Shown piece after piece: positions 12,700 through 26,120 of a DNA stretch of 64,000 nucleotides. The DNA comes from Octopus sinensis. Taxonomy: Eukaryota. The DNA lies in NCBI RefSeq assembly GCF_006345805.1, contig NC_042997.1, forward strand, positions 43,028,001 through 43,092,000, read 5' to 3'. The first letter of the stretch is position 1; each line of letters starts with the position of its first letter. The translations under genes were made by a program, and so were the position numbers. The notes beneath the pieces were generated by a model. It made no database searches. It saw nothing but the letters and a program-made list of their open reading frames with translations, and was not told the origin of the DNA.

Positions 12700-12912
12700 T
12701 TCTGTTGTGTCTGGGGAGAGTCATTTTCTTTTTGTGCCTTATGTAACACACTCACCAGTAAAATTTCCACTTTTTTCTTATTTTTATTGTTCTGAGTGTG
12801 TTACATAATAAGGCACAAAAAGAAAATGACTCTCCCCAGACACAACAGAACATGCTTCAACACAGGAACTCATATAAAGAATCTTGCAAGCCAAATCCAA
12901 AAACGAAATTGA
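12700..12912. repeat. Inverted repeat (~55-bp arms, ~38-nt spacer), probable inverted retroelement fragment
   Basis: 12700-12754 is the reverse complement of 12793-12850 apart from a small indel; direct repeat gatcaattct at 12694-12703 and 12913-12922. Confidence 0.8.
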
Positions 12913-13149
12913 GATCAATTCTCCTTTGCTGAAAATATTCAATATCTAAACTACTGCTTTTTTGATTACCAAACTTCAATCCTTTAGCATTCAGGTTACT
13001 TTTTAAAAAGTAATGCTTTTTATTCCCATTGATTTTAATTTATCATGCATTACCTTGTAGCTTTGAGACTTTGATGATACGATTGTTTATTTTTAGAATG
13101 TGAGAGACCAGATCTGGTCAGTTTGAATATAAAACAAGTTTGGACCAAA

Positions 13150-13494
13150 TGGTGATGGTGACCCCCTTCGGTCAGACACTGACCATGGGTTTGCACCTAG
13201 AGAGTTACCCTCTGAGGCACAAGTCCGGGCAAGGTTGTATATGGAAGACCAGCAGTCGCCCATGCACACTGGCCTTCCCTCTCCAGGCCACCAGTGTTAT
13301 CCAAGGGAAAGGCAAAGGCCGATACAGCTTGGCACCTGTGACGTCGCAACTCATTTCTACAGCTGAGTGAACTGGAGCAAAGTGAAATAAAGTGCCTTGC
13401 TCAAGAACACAACACGCAGCCCGGTCCGCGATTCGAGCTCACAACCTCACGATCGTAAGCTTGACGCTCTAACCATTGAGCCATGCGCCTTCAC
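13150..13494 (-). mobile_element. tRNA-derived SINE family C nested in a degraded TTAA-type MITE (~12980-13535)
   Basis: Minus-strand head ggcgcatggctcaatggttagagcg..gagctcgaatc; homologous to 27159-27490 and 31600-31880. Flanks match the 34448 MITE. Confidence 0.8.
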
Positions 13495-13559
13495 AAATAG
13501 GGACCAAATAGGGCCAGTTTAAATGCTAAGGGGATAAATATACATAACAGATGTAAATA

Positions 13560-14360
13560 TGAGGGAGTGCTGAAAAGTTCCAGGCTTTAAGAGTATTGCA
13601 AAGGGTAGATTGTTACCTTTACTGGGGAGGTAGAACAACTATTTAGGAGAAATATATGCAAAAAATCATGATTGTGTACAATATATCGTTTTTTTTTTTT
13701 GCATATTTAATGCATGATGGCAGCTCCTGCAGTGGATTTTGGTAAAACTGAAACACAGGCGGTCATAAAGTTCCTCTTTTAACAAGGCAAAGGAGCGGTG
13801 GAAATCCATGGCAAGATGAAGTCTTGAAGGATGGCTGCCCATCATACTAGTCCACAGTGAAAATCTGTGTGTCAAGTTTCAGACTGGTCATTTCAAGGTC
13901 ACAGATGATCCCTGGTCAGGACAGCCAACTTCTGCGACCACAGAGGACAAAGGCGATGCTGTGCATGTCATGATTCTCAGGGGCCATCCGACTGCAACTA
14001 TGTCACAGCTGAGAGACTGGGGATTTCTTACAAATGAGTGGGCCACATCATCCGCAACAATCTGGACATGAGAAAGCTTTCCACAAAATGGGTGCCAAAA
14101 TGCCTGAACACTGATCAGAAGTAAATCAGTGATGACATCAAAGGCGACTTTGGACCAGCTTGCCACGGGAGAGACTGATTTTATAGTTCGTTTAGTCATC
14201 AGATGAAATTTAGCTTCATCGTTATGACCCCCAGACCAAGCAGCAATCTATGGAGTGGTGCCACCATGTCTCAAGAAGTTTTGAACCCAGAAGTCAGCTG
14301 GAAAGATTCTGGCTGGTGTTTTGGGACAAAGAGTGCTCCTCATAAAATACTTGCCAATGC
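13560..14360 (+). mobile_element. Mariner transposon 5' fragment
   Basis: TIR-like gagggagtgctgaaaagttcc; remnants DDPWSGQP, KWVPKCL, YDPQTKQQSMEW. Confidence 0.75.
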
Positions 14361-14589
14361 AGAATTCTACACGTGTCTGCACCCCCTCCCCCCCATCTCT
14401 GCTTAACAACTGATGTTGTTGTGCTGACATCCCCATAACATAGCGGTTCCGCAAAAGAGTCGAACAGAATAAGTACTAGGCTTAATAAATAAGACCTGTG
14501 GTCAATTTGTTTGACTAAAACACTTCAAGATATTGCTCCAGCATGGCCATAATAAAATGACTGAAACAAGTAAAATAATAAACACTTTT

Positions 14590-15500
14590 TATCAAAGTGC
14601 AAACTATTATGGTTGACCTAGAGAAGACTTTAGACAGGGTGGTTCACTCTGCAGTTGACTGTCACTAAGAAAAGTAGGTGCAGCTGAAAACAATGCATAT
14701 CTCTACTGCCATCAGGACAGTGGCCTTGCTCAATATGCAGAAGGGGGGAAGGAGGAGGAGATAGGGACCTTATATTAAGCACCTAATGTAAACTATTGCT
14801 GTGCAAGAGACGCTGAAGGATCAGAGGGAAGATAACAGAAGGATTGTATATGTAACCCTATGCAGAGAAACAAGCAGTAAGAGTACCAGGCAATGAATTC
14901 TTTCAAATACCAAGAAGTAGTTGATAGCTTCTGTTACTTAGGTGACTAATCAGCAATGGAGATGGATGTTGTGAATGTATAGTGGCCAGTATAAAAAGTA
15001 CAAGGAAGAAATTCAGAGAACTATCAACAGTTTGCAAGAAAGGGATTCTGCCTCTGAGTGAAGAGCAAGTATTGTACTGTAGAGAAATATGAACAATGAG
15101 GGTGAAAGATATATAAAAATGAAGTGAGTGTGCTCATTGTTAGTAAAGCTCTGCTGAATGAGTAACATTAGCATGCCTGAACAACAAAGTACAAATGAGG
15201 TGAAAGAGGAAAAAACTGAGGGTAAGAGGAATCAGCTGTAATGTAGAAGAGAGAAAATTGTGCTGGTACAGACAGGTTGATGCATATGGTAGATGACAGT
15301 TGGGTGAAGTGATTCAATTGGATGGAGCCAGTGGAAAAATAAGATAATGGAAGCAGGGAGATGATAAAGCTGATTTCAAGATGATGAAGCTCACAAAAGA
15401 AATGACAAAGAATGCAAACAAGTGATGAGAAATAAATGAGAAATGATGGGGAGAGAGGACCTGTCCGACACATGCAATCATGGGAAAACAGAAATAAAAT
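14590..15500 (+). mobile_element. Highly decayed RTE-LINE reverse transcriptase fragment
   Basis: VDLEKTLDRV and VVDSFCYLGD remnants, colinear with the RTE copy at 46521-48380. Confidence 0.6.
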
Positions 15501-16144
15501 GGTGGCGATGATATATGTGTGTGTGTGTGTGTGGGGGGGGAGTGTGTGTAAACAAAACAATAAAGATTATGTATAGCATATAAGTTTATTTAAAGTTTCA
15601 CTCTACCACCACAGCAAGTTCTTCACAATATTCTTCAGGTGTATGGCATGAAATTTTTCTAAGGAATATTTCTACAACACACTGACAGAATGAACCTTTA
15701 GCTTAAAAAAAAAAAAAAAAAAAATAAATATTAGGTAAACCAGTAAAAGCAGTGGCAATACATTTCAGAAGCAAAGCTAACCTAATTTAGGAACGATGCT
15801 TGGGGTGGGGGTTTAAAAATCCATTTCAAGTATAGTTAGACGAATGGTTTTGTCATTAAATTGGCTTTGATGATTCATTCTTGATTTCTAGGGTATTGTT
15901 TCCGGACTATCAAAGGCAGAATGACCTATAAAAATGGTGAGAAGATTTAGTTTGAAAAACAAAAAAAAAAAAAAAAAAAGTGAGTGAGTATAGGTCAAAT
16001 ACAAAATTCCCAGAAACTCTTAAAGCGTCAAATTTAGACTAAATAATATTTCATATGTAGTGAATGCTTGAAAATAAAAGCACAACAAATACCTTGATTA
16101 AGAATTCAAATTATAAAATAATCACATAAAAAATTTGTTTTTAT

Positions 16145-16318
16145 AGGCGCAGGAGTGGCTGTGTGGTAAGTAGCTTGTCTACCAACCACATGGTTCCGGG
16201 TTCAGTCCCACTGTGTGGCACCTTGGGCAAGTGTCTTCTACTATAGCCTCGGGCCGACCAAAGCCTTGTGAGTGGATTTGGTAGACAGAAACTGAAAAAA
16301 GCCCGTCGTATATATGTG

Positions 16319-16349
<31 letters not shown>

Positions 16350-16563
16350 TTGTGTGTCTGTGTTTGTCCCCCTAGCATTGCTTGACAACCGATGCTGGTG
16401 TGTTTATGTCCCAGTTACTTAGCGGCTCGGCAAAAAGAGACCGATAGAATAAGTACTGGGCTTACAAAGGAATAAGTCCCGGGGTCGATTTGCTCGATTA
16501 AAGGCGGTGCTCCAGCATGGCCGCAGTCAAATGACTGAAACAAGTAAAAGAATAAAAGAAAGA
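16145..16563 (+). mobile_element. tRNA-derived SINE, family A (full length)
   Basis: Head ggcgcaggagtggctgtgtggtaag..ggttcagtccc; internal (TA)n(TG)n; A-rich gtaaaagaataaaaga tail. Confidence 0.88.
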
Positions 16564-17116
16564 ATTTAAGAAAAAGCTTTGTGAACAATGAAAATAAATA
16601 ACATGTTTTTGTTCATTTTCTTAATTTTTATTTCCAGTTTCATTTCATGTATGGTAAATTTTATGAAATGAAAAATAAATAAACACAGTATAAAAATTAA
16701 TTTCTTTTCATTAAATTAGATACTTGAAACAAGTCAAATAATAATAAAAAAAACTTTGAAAAAAAAAAGACTAAATAAACTCAAAAAGTGAACAGAATAA
16801 AAATAAACAGTGTACACTTCTTTTTTACTTCACTCTTTATAAATATATATATACCCAGTTCAACATTCACACAGAAAAATTTGGAGTCACAATTTTCTCA
16901 TGATATGGAGTGTTTTAATGACACTTTTCTGCCATCTTTTTTTTTTTAAATTTGATTTTACATTATCGTTTTATGATTAGCTCTGTTTTTTAATATTGGC
17001 AGAGTTTGATACTCATAAATACTATTTTGTCCCCGCTTTCTTTTTTTTTGCAGGAACATGTAACAGTTCAGTTTATTAAATTAGTTTTTTAAAAACAGAA
17101 CGCAACAAGCATTTTA

Positions 17117-17592
17117 TTACATCAAAGTGTTTTCTTCTTCGTTGAAATACTTGTAACAGACAGATATTGCTTCACGGATATCTTCTCTTGGAATAATTTT
17201 TGTAGTTGAAGATATTCTCCCAAAATACCAATCTCCTATAGCTTTCTGTGGTGATATATGTCCTGCAAGAGGTTGGGAGTAAAATCTGTTGACTAGAACA
17301 CTATGTACAGGGCAAGCAGTCAAATAGCGGCCATCTTTGTGAGAGGTAAATATCTCTCTTACAATGTCTAAAAGACTTGATTTAATATCAGATATATATT
17401 TGATATCACTTGAAGAACATTTCTTAAAATCACAAGTAATGTCCAATGCTTGATTGAGGTACCATCGATCATGGACAGAGTTGAGGAAGAACGCTGGTGT
17501 GAACACATGGCGGTAAAAATATACAGGAGAAAAACACTGCCATTTAATCTCATCTGGAACTGATTGTGAGCAATCTTTCAGAGATACAGAAT
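17117..17592 (-). CDS. Pectin acetylesterase/NOTUM-family hydrolase, terminal coding exon D
   Basis: ctattacag|AT TCT joins the phase-1 G of exon C to give D-SVSLKDC..WQCFSPVYFYRHVFTPAFFLNSVHDRW (predicted catalytic Asp) ..LTACPVH (predicted catalytic His) ..KAIGDWYFGR; stop TAA at 17117-17119. Confidence 0.9.
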
Positions 17593-18520
17593 CTGTAATA
17601 GAATAAAATAAATAAAACATTACATTTAAATATAGGGAAATAACTTGAGAATCAGGAACACAAAATCATTCACTAATATGCTATAAACCAATGTTATGAG
17701 ACCAAATTTAGTTTCGTGTTATACTCTCTGGCAAAATGCTTGGTGGATTTACAAATGAGACATTTCATGATCTAGCATTACAATGTGATGATGGTATCTG
17801 ATACTGAGCAGATGCAATCCCTTGTTATACAGACATTGTGATGGGAAAGTGAGAGTAGTAGAGTGACAGGGAAGTTTTATCAACTTGGAACACTTGGTAA
17901 TGTATCGTCATCATTGTTTTACTGTCTATTTTCCATGCTAGCAAGGGTCAGACAAGAGCGTGTTGGGGCAGAGATTTCTATGATTGGATGCCCTTCTTGC
18001 CCACAACCCCTGCCTGTTTCCAAGTGAGGCAATAATCTACCTGAAAATCACACAAAAATGAGATAACTTGTACCTGGTCTCATCCAGGAGCGATAGACAT
18101 CAATGATCCATCATTTTTGTGCCTTGTCAATTCTGTGTACCCGAAATAAGGCCTGACGCAAGCTAAATCACTGTCAATGACAATATACAAAATGGTGTAA
18201 GAACCATCTGTTGGTATGTTCCAACGTTTCATACTACTACTGAAATTTTGGTTAAGAACTTGTCTGCCAAAAAATTGTAGCAGAGTAAAAGAATGTGAAA
18301 GGAAACGATGTCAATGTGCAGGTGAAGTTGAAGAAGAAAGAAACTTAAAAAAAAAAAAATAATAAAAACAAATCCTGTCATAGTCAAAATAGCTTTTTAA
18401 CTCATTTATAGAGAAATTACTTTTTGTTGACACAGAATATCAATAGTTGTCTCTGATTTTATTGTTTTATAAATCATTGATTATTATTTCTAATTGGTGT
18501 AAGTGTTGTTGTATGGTTAA

Positions 18521-18740
18521 CACTTTCATTACCAACCCAGCTGAAACTGACTCTGGCTCAGAGTACAAATGTCTTGTTTTCATAAGTTTTGCATTAAAAT
18601 CTTCCACCAAACCTTTGTCACAATTTATGTCTCTAACACTAGCTGAATGATAACTAATTTATTTTACTAAATTCTTTGTTATATTTAAAGTAACTGAAAG
18701 AAATACAGAGCATCTCAAAATAAATACAGTAACGAAAGGG
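18521..18740. mobile_element. piggyBac-like MITE, family 2 (220 bp), inserted in a SINE head
   Basis: TTAA at 18517-18520 and 18741-18744; ends cactttcattac / gtaacgaaaggg; reverse-complement homolog of 61787-62006. Confidence 0.82.
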
Positions 18741-19527
18741 TTAAGCAAGGTGGTTTCCCAACCACGTTGTTTTGGGTTCAGTCCCACTGCATGGTAACTT
18801 AGGCAAATGTTCTACTATAGCCCTGCGTCAACCAAAGCCTTATAAATAGATTTGGTGTATGGAAACTGAAAGGAGCCTGTCATACATAAATATATGTGCG
18901 TTCGTGTGTGTGTGTTTGTTTATATGTACCCTTGTCTGGAGATCAGGTGATATTTGCAAATGAGTATCATACAAGCAGTGTTATTTGTTTCCAATAGTCC
19001 ATGAAAAAATTATTCAGCCATGGGGAAAAACTGCCTTGTTTGGAAAGAGAAAAGGTAACAGCTGTTGAGAATCTGACTCAACAAATACTGTCTTACCTAT
19101 GCAAGCATGGAAAAGTAGATGTGAAGCAATGATGATTATGATAATGATCAATCAAAAACAGTTTTTGTATTATCATTTATCAATTAATCTTTTCAGACCT
19201 GAATCATTTCCTTAAATGGAAAAAAAATAATAAATGCACTGAACTGATAATAACAGCATAATATAACTATGTGCAAAACTATATATGCAAGTTATGGCCA
19301 GAATTTTGAAAGGAAAATACTATTTCAAGTGTGACATGTATAAATTTTTCAGTCTAACAACCACATGGTTCCAGGTTCAGTCCCACTGCGTGGCATCTTG
19401 GGCAAGGATCTGACAGCTAAGAGGAGTGTGTCAAGCTCCAATCAGTGTCCTCTTAAGGCATGGGCACACTGAGTAGTGGCTCAGGGGCCCATACTTTCAA
19501 TAAATAAATACTATAGGGCCCAATGCA

Positions 19528-20043
19528 TTTAATAAGATTATTGAAATATTTTAAGTCTGCTCAATGATAACAAGTAAGAACTGATGTTATATATTTTCTG
19601 AACCAAAATCAGTATGTCCTAATGACTCCTAGCCTTTGGTGGCCCAAACAAACCATTCTACATGATTGCAGCTACAACCAGTGACTTCTAGTAATATCGT
19701 TAAGACAGCCATAGCTCCAAAGTCTATTTTGGCATGGTTTCTAATTCCAAGTGCTCTACCGAGTGGTCACGAGTGGTCATAGATATCAGAATTGATTAAA
19801 ATTTTTAATTTATCAGGTTAATATTAAAATGTGAAATATCCACTTAGAAAATATCGAGTTTCATTTCAAAAATTGCTTTTAATAAGATTATTGAAATAAT
19901 TTTAACTATGCTTAATGACAACAAGTAAGACTTGATATTATATTTTCTGAACCAAAATCAGTAAATCCTAATGGCTCCTATCCTTTGGCTTCCCAAACAA
20001 ACCATTCTACATGATTGCAGCTGTAACCAGTGACTTCAAGTAA
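19528..20043. repeat. Diverged ~165-bp direct duplication (19528-19693 and 19878-20043)
   Basis: Both copies run tttaataagattattgaaat...aaccattctacatgattgcagct..accagtgacttc; offset 350 bp. Confidence 0.85.
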
Positions 20044-21249
20044 ATCATTTCTCTGGCAGTAGTTCCTGCTTCATTGTTTCAACATCAGCTGAAACAGACA
20101 ACGAAAGTGCTCTGAGGTTTGCTTCTATTACTCAACTAAATCATCTATACTTTTTTCAAGGAGACATTTGACAACCAGAAATGTTCTTAAAACAGCAATT
20201 TAGTTCACCACATTTGATCTATTTTGACAAAACCTATCATCATGCATATCGGTTTTTTTCAGTGCAAAGTATAATGGAAATCAAAAACTACAGTATTTTA
20301 CAGATAAAAGAAAATGTATGTTAACAGAAACATTTCCTAATTGTAAAAGGTGTCAACAGAGTAACTTTGTCTCTGAATATTACCGTGGAAACACTGATTC
20401 TTAAATGTAATAACATTAAAAACTTGTTAGATTAAACTACAAGAAAATACATACAAACAAATCATAAATGCATAATAAAAATTACTGAATGTTTGTACTC
20501 ATTTACCAATAAGGAATAACCATACAAAGAAATGTTAACGAATCATTCAACTTGTATAACTTAGTAAAATTGATAGGGAAGTTAATTCTGATTTTCTAAG
20601 CTTAACAAAACTGATATAAATAGACCCACGAGTCTTTGATATACAAAATGAACTCTGTTCTATAATGACTGGCTTTGGTGAGAGATTTACTTGAAGTAAT
20701 AGACACAAAGAATTTTTTGATTACTGCTGTTAAATATACTGATGCAATGTAGTTATTTTAACGTCCACTTTTCTAGGACTGCATGGGTCAGATGGAATTT
20801 ATTGGAGTCAGATTTTCTACAGCTGGATGCCCTCACTTGTTTCCAAGTAAAATAATATTTCTCCTTGACCAGACATGCAATTATGAGTGTTTGTGCATTC
20901 TTTTGTTTGTTCCACTAGCTTCAGTGATTGGATTATAGTCATACTGAGATACATCCCAAATAAGTATTGGCATAATTTGTGCCAAACTGCTAAGTTACAG
21001 AAACATAAACAACCTAACACTGGTTGTCAAGCAGTGAGAGACAACCACAAACACAGATTTGTGTGTGTATGCACTCACACACACACACATAGGGAGGCTT
21101 CTGCATAGTTTCCATCTACCAAAGTCAGTCAACCTGTGGCAATAATAAAACATGTTGTCATAGTGCTACACAAGGGGACTGAAACTGAAATAATGTGGTT
21201 ACCAAGTGAACTTCTTAATTTTACAGCCATGCTTGAGACCACATATATA

Positions 21250-22536
21250 CAGGGTGTGAAGGTATTTGAGAACATACCTTTTTTAGGCCATTGCTGCATC
21301 TTCTGCTAACTCTGTATAATCTTTGTTTCAGAAAATAATAACAACAGACCCTCAGCTTACTCAAGAAATGAAGAGGCAGGCTGTTATTGTGGTTATAGAG
21401 GCTGAGCATAGTGATTTAGAAATATCTCAATTTTTAAAAGTTGCCAGGTCTTTCATCTACAAAGTTTGTAAGGAGCTAGAGACTGAAGATGGAAACGTAT
21501 CACCAGTATCAAAGCAAAAAAAGCATTCTAAACACTCTGAAATCATCAGAACACCTGAATTGATCCAGCAAGTTCTACAGACCATTGATTACAATCCCAG
21601 AAAGCCCATGAGGTCATTTGCAAAAGATCTCCATGTGTCAGAAGGAACGGTCAGAAATGTTGTCCATGAAAACATCAGATATAAGTCTCATATGATGAGG
21701 AAAGGTCAATTTGTCAGTAAAAGCAAAAGAAAATCACTACATCAGATCTAAAAGGCTCTTAAACAAACTGAAAAATCCAGCAGAAGATTTGATTTGGTTT
21801 TTCTCAAATGAGAAAAACTTCAACCAAGATCAAAAAGTTAACAGAAGAAATGACAGATGGCTATGTGCAGACCCATCTGAAGTTCCAAGTGTTATGCATA
21901 CAAAATTTCCTGCAACTGTCATGGTTTTAGGGATTGTCAACAATGAAGGACATGTGATGCTTCCTTATTTCTTTCCACAAGGCCTTAGAGTTAACTCTGC
22001 CACCTACACTGAGGTCCTGGAAATAATTCTTAAGCCCGGGATAGACAGTGTATGCAATGGAAGGCCATATGTGTTTTAGCATGACTCTGCACTATCACAC
22101 ATGGCTCTAGTAACACAGGAATGGATGGCTGAAAATTATCATGATCCCAACCTCTAACATTTAGCCTTCCTAATTTCCTAGATCTCAATTCATTGGACTA
22201 TTACATGTGGAATGTTGTTGAGAGAGAGGTCAATGAACATCCCCATAACACCAAATATTCTTTGAAAGCTGGCATAGTCAGAGAAATGTTCAAAAAGAAC
22301 CAGGACCACTTGATTCAAGCATGTAGATGATTTAGATCTCATATAGAAGCAGTTGTTGAAGCTGAAGATGGCTTTATTCATCATCATCATCGTTTAGCAT
22401 CCGTTTTATTGAATAACATTATAGAAAAGAAGGTTTATTTTTATCCTCATCCCATATTTTGATAAATAAAGTTATCTGTTGTTATATCAGTTGTTTTATA
22501 AACACAAATCTGTCCTCAAATATCTTACGCACCCTG
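21250..22536 (+). mobile_element. Defective DD37D (maT-like) Tc1/mariner transposon
   Basis: TA-flanked cagggtgtgaaggtatttgag / ctcaaatatcttacgcaccctg. ORF remnants with an HTH region, FFSNEKNF, YVF*HDSA and DLNSLDYYMW; the second and third Asp codons are 113 nt apart (114 expected for D37D). Confidence 0.88.
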
Positions 22537-24050
22537 TATATATCATCATCATCATTTTAATAATCACGCTTGCATGTGTTGGTCAGAATTTGTAGAAAGA
22601 TTATCTATGGCCGGATGCCCTTCCAGTCACCAGCCCTCACCAAGTAAGGAAATATTTTCCTATGCACAGACATGTTTTCATGAAAAACTGGAAATGAAGA
22701 ACCCTCGTAATATAACAGTGACACTTGTTAGCAACTGCCGCACAATACCAAGTCAAAGAGAGACACACACACACACACATTTTATTCATTTCAATAAAAT
22801 CCTTTAATAAACTGTAGGAGAGTCTGTTGTTGGAATATAAGACAGAGTTAAAAAAAAAAAAACTGAAGCATTTGTAGCAGCAGCAGCAGCAGCAGCAGCA
22901 GGGAATGTGCATCAGAACTATAATTAACTCAATTTGAGAAGTAGCTTCATTATCCACAAATACACATCTTTCTAACTACACTAGCAGCTATAAATAGCAA
23001 GAGAGAAGTTATATCTGTAGAGAATTTCCCCTAATCAATGCTATAAATAAATAGAGCAGTACAGAAGGACTAACTTTCCTCCTCACACTCTGCTGCTGCT
23101 GCTCGCTAGGCTGGACTGGTCCAGTCCGGGGGGGGGGGGAAACAGACCAGCAATCTATTATCGGATTCTCAATGCCTGTAATATTTTCAGATGTAATAAA
23201 AGGAGTCTGTGGTGTTGAAGGTTTTTCAGGAGGGACTATAGAATCTAGCTGTTGGTGATGATTTGATGGAAGCGTAGTTACTAAATAGCAAAGAGTTCAG
23301 ATAATGAGTAGCAGAAAGGAAAAGGGGCGGATGGTGGGGTGACGGTAGTGGTGGTGGGGGCTGTTAGTATAAATAATAGCTTTGAAAGAAGGAGACAAAG
23401 AGCAAAGGTGTTGTTACAAACAGTAGTGGCAGCGGTTGTGATGATATGCTTTTGTTTGTAGTGGAGGTAGGGTAAGTGTGTGTGTATTTGTGGGCTTCTA
23501 TTTGAAAGATTAGGATACTCTAAGTACTACAGTGACAACAGTTGTTAAAGGTGGGTGTGCTGTGTCAGATATAAATTATACTTTTGTAAAGTAGGTAAAA
23601 GAAAATAGTAAACTGAAAAATGGTTTCCTTATATAATTTCTGTTTTTGTCATTGATTTTTCGGTTTTTCTTAAACTTTAATATTTTAAAATATTCCTTCA
23701 CTTTTTTTTGTTTCTGTTTTTTTTTCCATCTCCATAGCAAAATGAGAAATGCCTGAAGCTTACCAACACAGGAAAGGTCACTAGGAAGGTGAGGAAAAAA
23801 GAGAAAAAAGTCTCAATGTTATACTGTGTGTTTTTCATTTGCTCACAGACTCAGTAACAACAAGATCACTTTCTCTGACTTCACTTTTAGTTGAAGAGCA
23901 AAAGCCCCAAGATGTTAGAACTTAAACTCTTCACAGCAAGTGATCATATATTTATAGTAGTCTTCAACAAAGTGTGTGTGCATATCTTTTACTTTAAGTC
24001 ATTGGACTGTGGCTATGCTGTGGTACCACTGCCTTGACGAGTTTAATTAA

Positions 24051-24269
24051 CCCTTTAGTATTTAAACCAACCATATCTGGCCAAAATAGCTAATCTGTTT
24101 TATGTTCAAACTGACCAGATCCAGGCTCTCACACCTACCCTACAATGTTATTCTACATTAAGTAATTACACCATCAAGATCTTGAAGATATGAGATAATG
24201 CATGATTAATTCAAATCAATGGGAATCAATAGGCATTATGTTTGATAGAATAATCTGAACACTAAAGGG
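24051..24269. mobile_element. piggyBac-like MITE, family 1 (219 bp)
   Basis: TTAA|ccctttagt ... actaaaggg|TTAA; reverse-complement homolog of 34448-34667. Confidence 0.85.
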
Positions 24270-25149
24270 TTAAACAAATCAAACCTTGTGAATGAGTAAA
24301 AGTTGACAACAGGAAAGGGATTCACAAGTTCTGTCAGACCTATGCAAGCATAAAAAAAGGGATGTTGAAAAGGTGAAGTGTTACTGATGAACAAAATAGG
24401 AACAATGCCCTGCCTCTTTAAATGTTACACTAATGACCAAGGGTTTGTAGTTCAAGTGATATTATAACCATTGTTGTGGTCTGGATCTCTTTTGGTTACA
24501 TTGATGAGCATTCTTGTTGATACAATCAATGGAATGGCTTGCTCGTGAAATTGACGTGCAAGTGGCCGAGCACTCCACAGACATGTGTTCCATTAACATA
24601 GTTCTCAGGGAGATTCAGCATGACACAAAATGTGACATGGCTGGCCCTTTGAAATTCAGGTACAACAATAAATAAAGTGTCTTGCTCAAGGATACAATGT
24701 GCCAGCAGGAATTGAACTTACAACCTTACGATCATGAGCTGAATTCCCCTAACCACTAAGCTATGTGCCTTCATGCCCATTGTTGTAGGCTCTAGCTCAA
24801 GACAAAAAACTCTAAAAATGCTGAAGTAGATGATGAGCATCAAATGGCAAAAACAATTGTCCTTCCTACCCCTTTACATGAAGCATCTGTCTTCTGGTAT
24901 TATCAGTAGCCTTCTACTAGGATATTTATGTTATATCTTTTGGTGGGGATTCAACAATCTAGTTTTCAATAACAGCATTAAAGCATGAAGGTTAACTACA
25001 GATTCTACAGAGATGAACTGCATCACATCCCACCATTTCCATCAATAACTCCCAGCTTGAAAACATTCTTGTTAGAACACATTTAAGAATTCTTTACATC
25101 TTATCAATATCTGCAGGAAATGACAATTCAACGAGCCTGATTTTTATTT

Positions 25150-26120
25150 TCATAATCATCATCGATTAACGTCCGTTTTCCATGCTGGCATGGGTTGGAC
25201 GGTTTGACTGAGGTCTGAAGAGCCAGCGGCTGAACCAGGCTCCAATCTGGTCTGGCAAAGTTTCTACAGCTGGATGCCCTTCCTAATGCCAACCATTCAG
25301 AGTGTAGCGGATGCATTTTACGTGCCACCAGCACAGGAGCCAGTAAAGCGGGCGTGGAAACAATCAGGTTCAGATGGTGTTTTTTACATGCCTGGGGGAC
25401 TGGCACTGGTCACAATCGGTTGGTGCATTTTACGTGCCACCGGCACCGGATCCAGTGAGGTGGGCCTGGCAACAAACATGTTTGGATGGTGCTTTTTATG
25501 TACCACTGGCACAGGAGCCTGTCAGGTGGACCTGGCATCAACCATGTTCGGATAGTGCATGTTACATACCATCGGCACAGGAGCCAGCCAGGGATCACTG
25601 GCTCCAGCTACAATATTGGTTTTATTTGACCCAACAGGACTTCTCAAGCATATATCGCCCAACGCATCAGGAGTATTCTTAACAAGGCTGGACGTGCATG
25701 GCTGCAATCTCACTTTAGTTGCTGGGTCTTCTCAATCACAGCATACCTCCAAAGGTCCTGGTCTCCTGTCATTGCCTCTGTGAGGCCCAATGTTCGAAGG
25801 TCAAGCTTCATCACCTCATCCCATGTCTTCCTGGGTCTACCTCTTCCACAGGTTCCTTCTACAGTTAGGGTGTGACACTTCCTCACACAGCTGTCCTCAT
25901 CCATACATAACATGACCATACCAGCACAGTCACCTCTGTTGCCCACCACATTTGATGCTTCTTATGCCCAACTTTTCTCTCAGGGCACTTACACTGTCAT
26001 GTATAAAACACTGACATTACACACCCAGTGTATCATACTAGCTTTATTTCTTTCAAGCCTATGCACGTCCTCAGCATTCACGGCCCATGTTTCACTAGCA
26101 AGCTGCATGGCAGTTCACAC
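25150..26120 (-). mobile_element. RTE-LINE 3' fragment (ORF end plus 3' UTR with ~66-bp units)
   Basis: ORF end VEGTCGRGRPRKTWDEV..LWRYAV, then diverged tandem units and the (ATG)n-tailed terminal module. Confidence 0.85.

Noticed and set aside
15575-15645. Another hammerhead-like motif on the minus strand (TGAAGA...GAAAC)
   Set aside because: Core and helix III are too degenerate to distinguish from chance.
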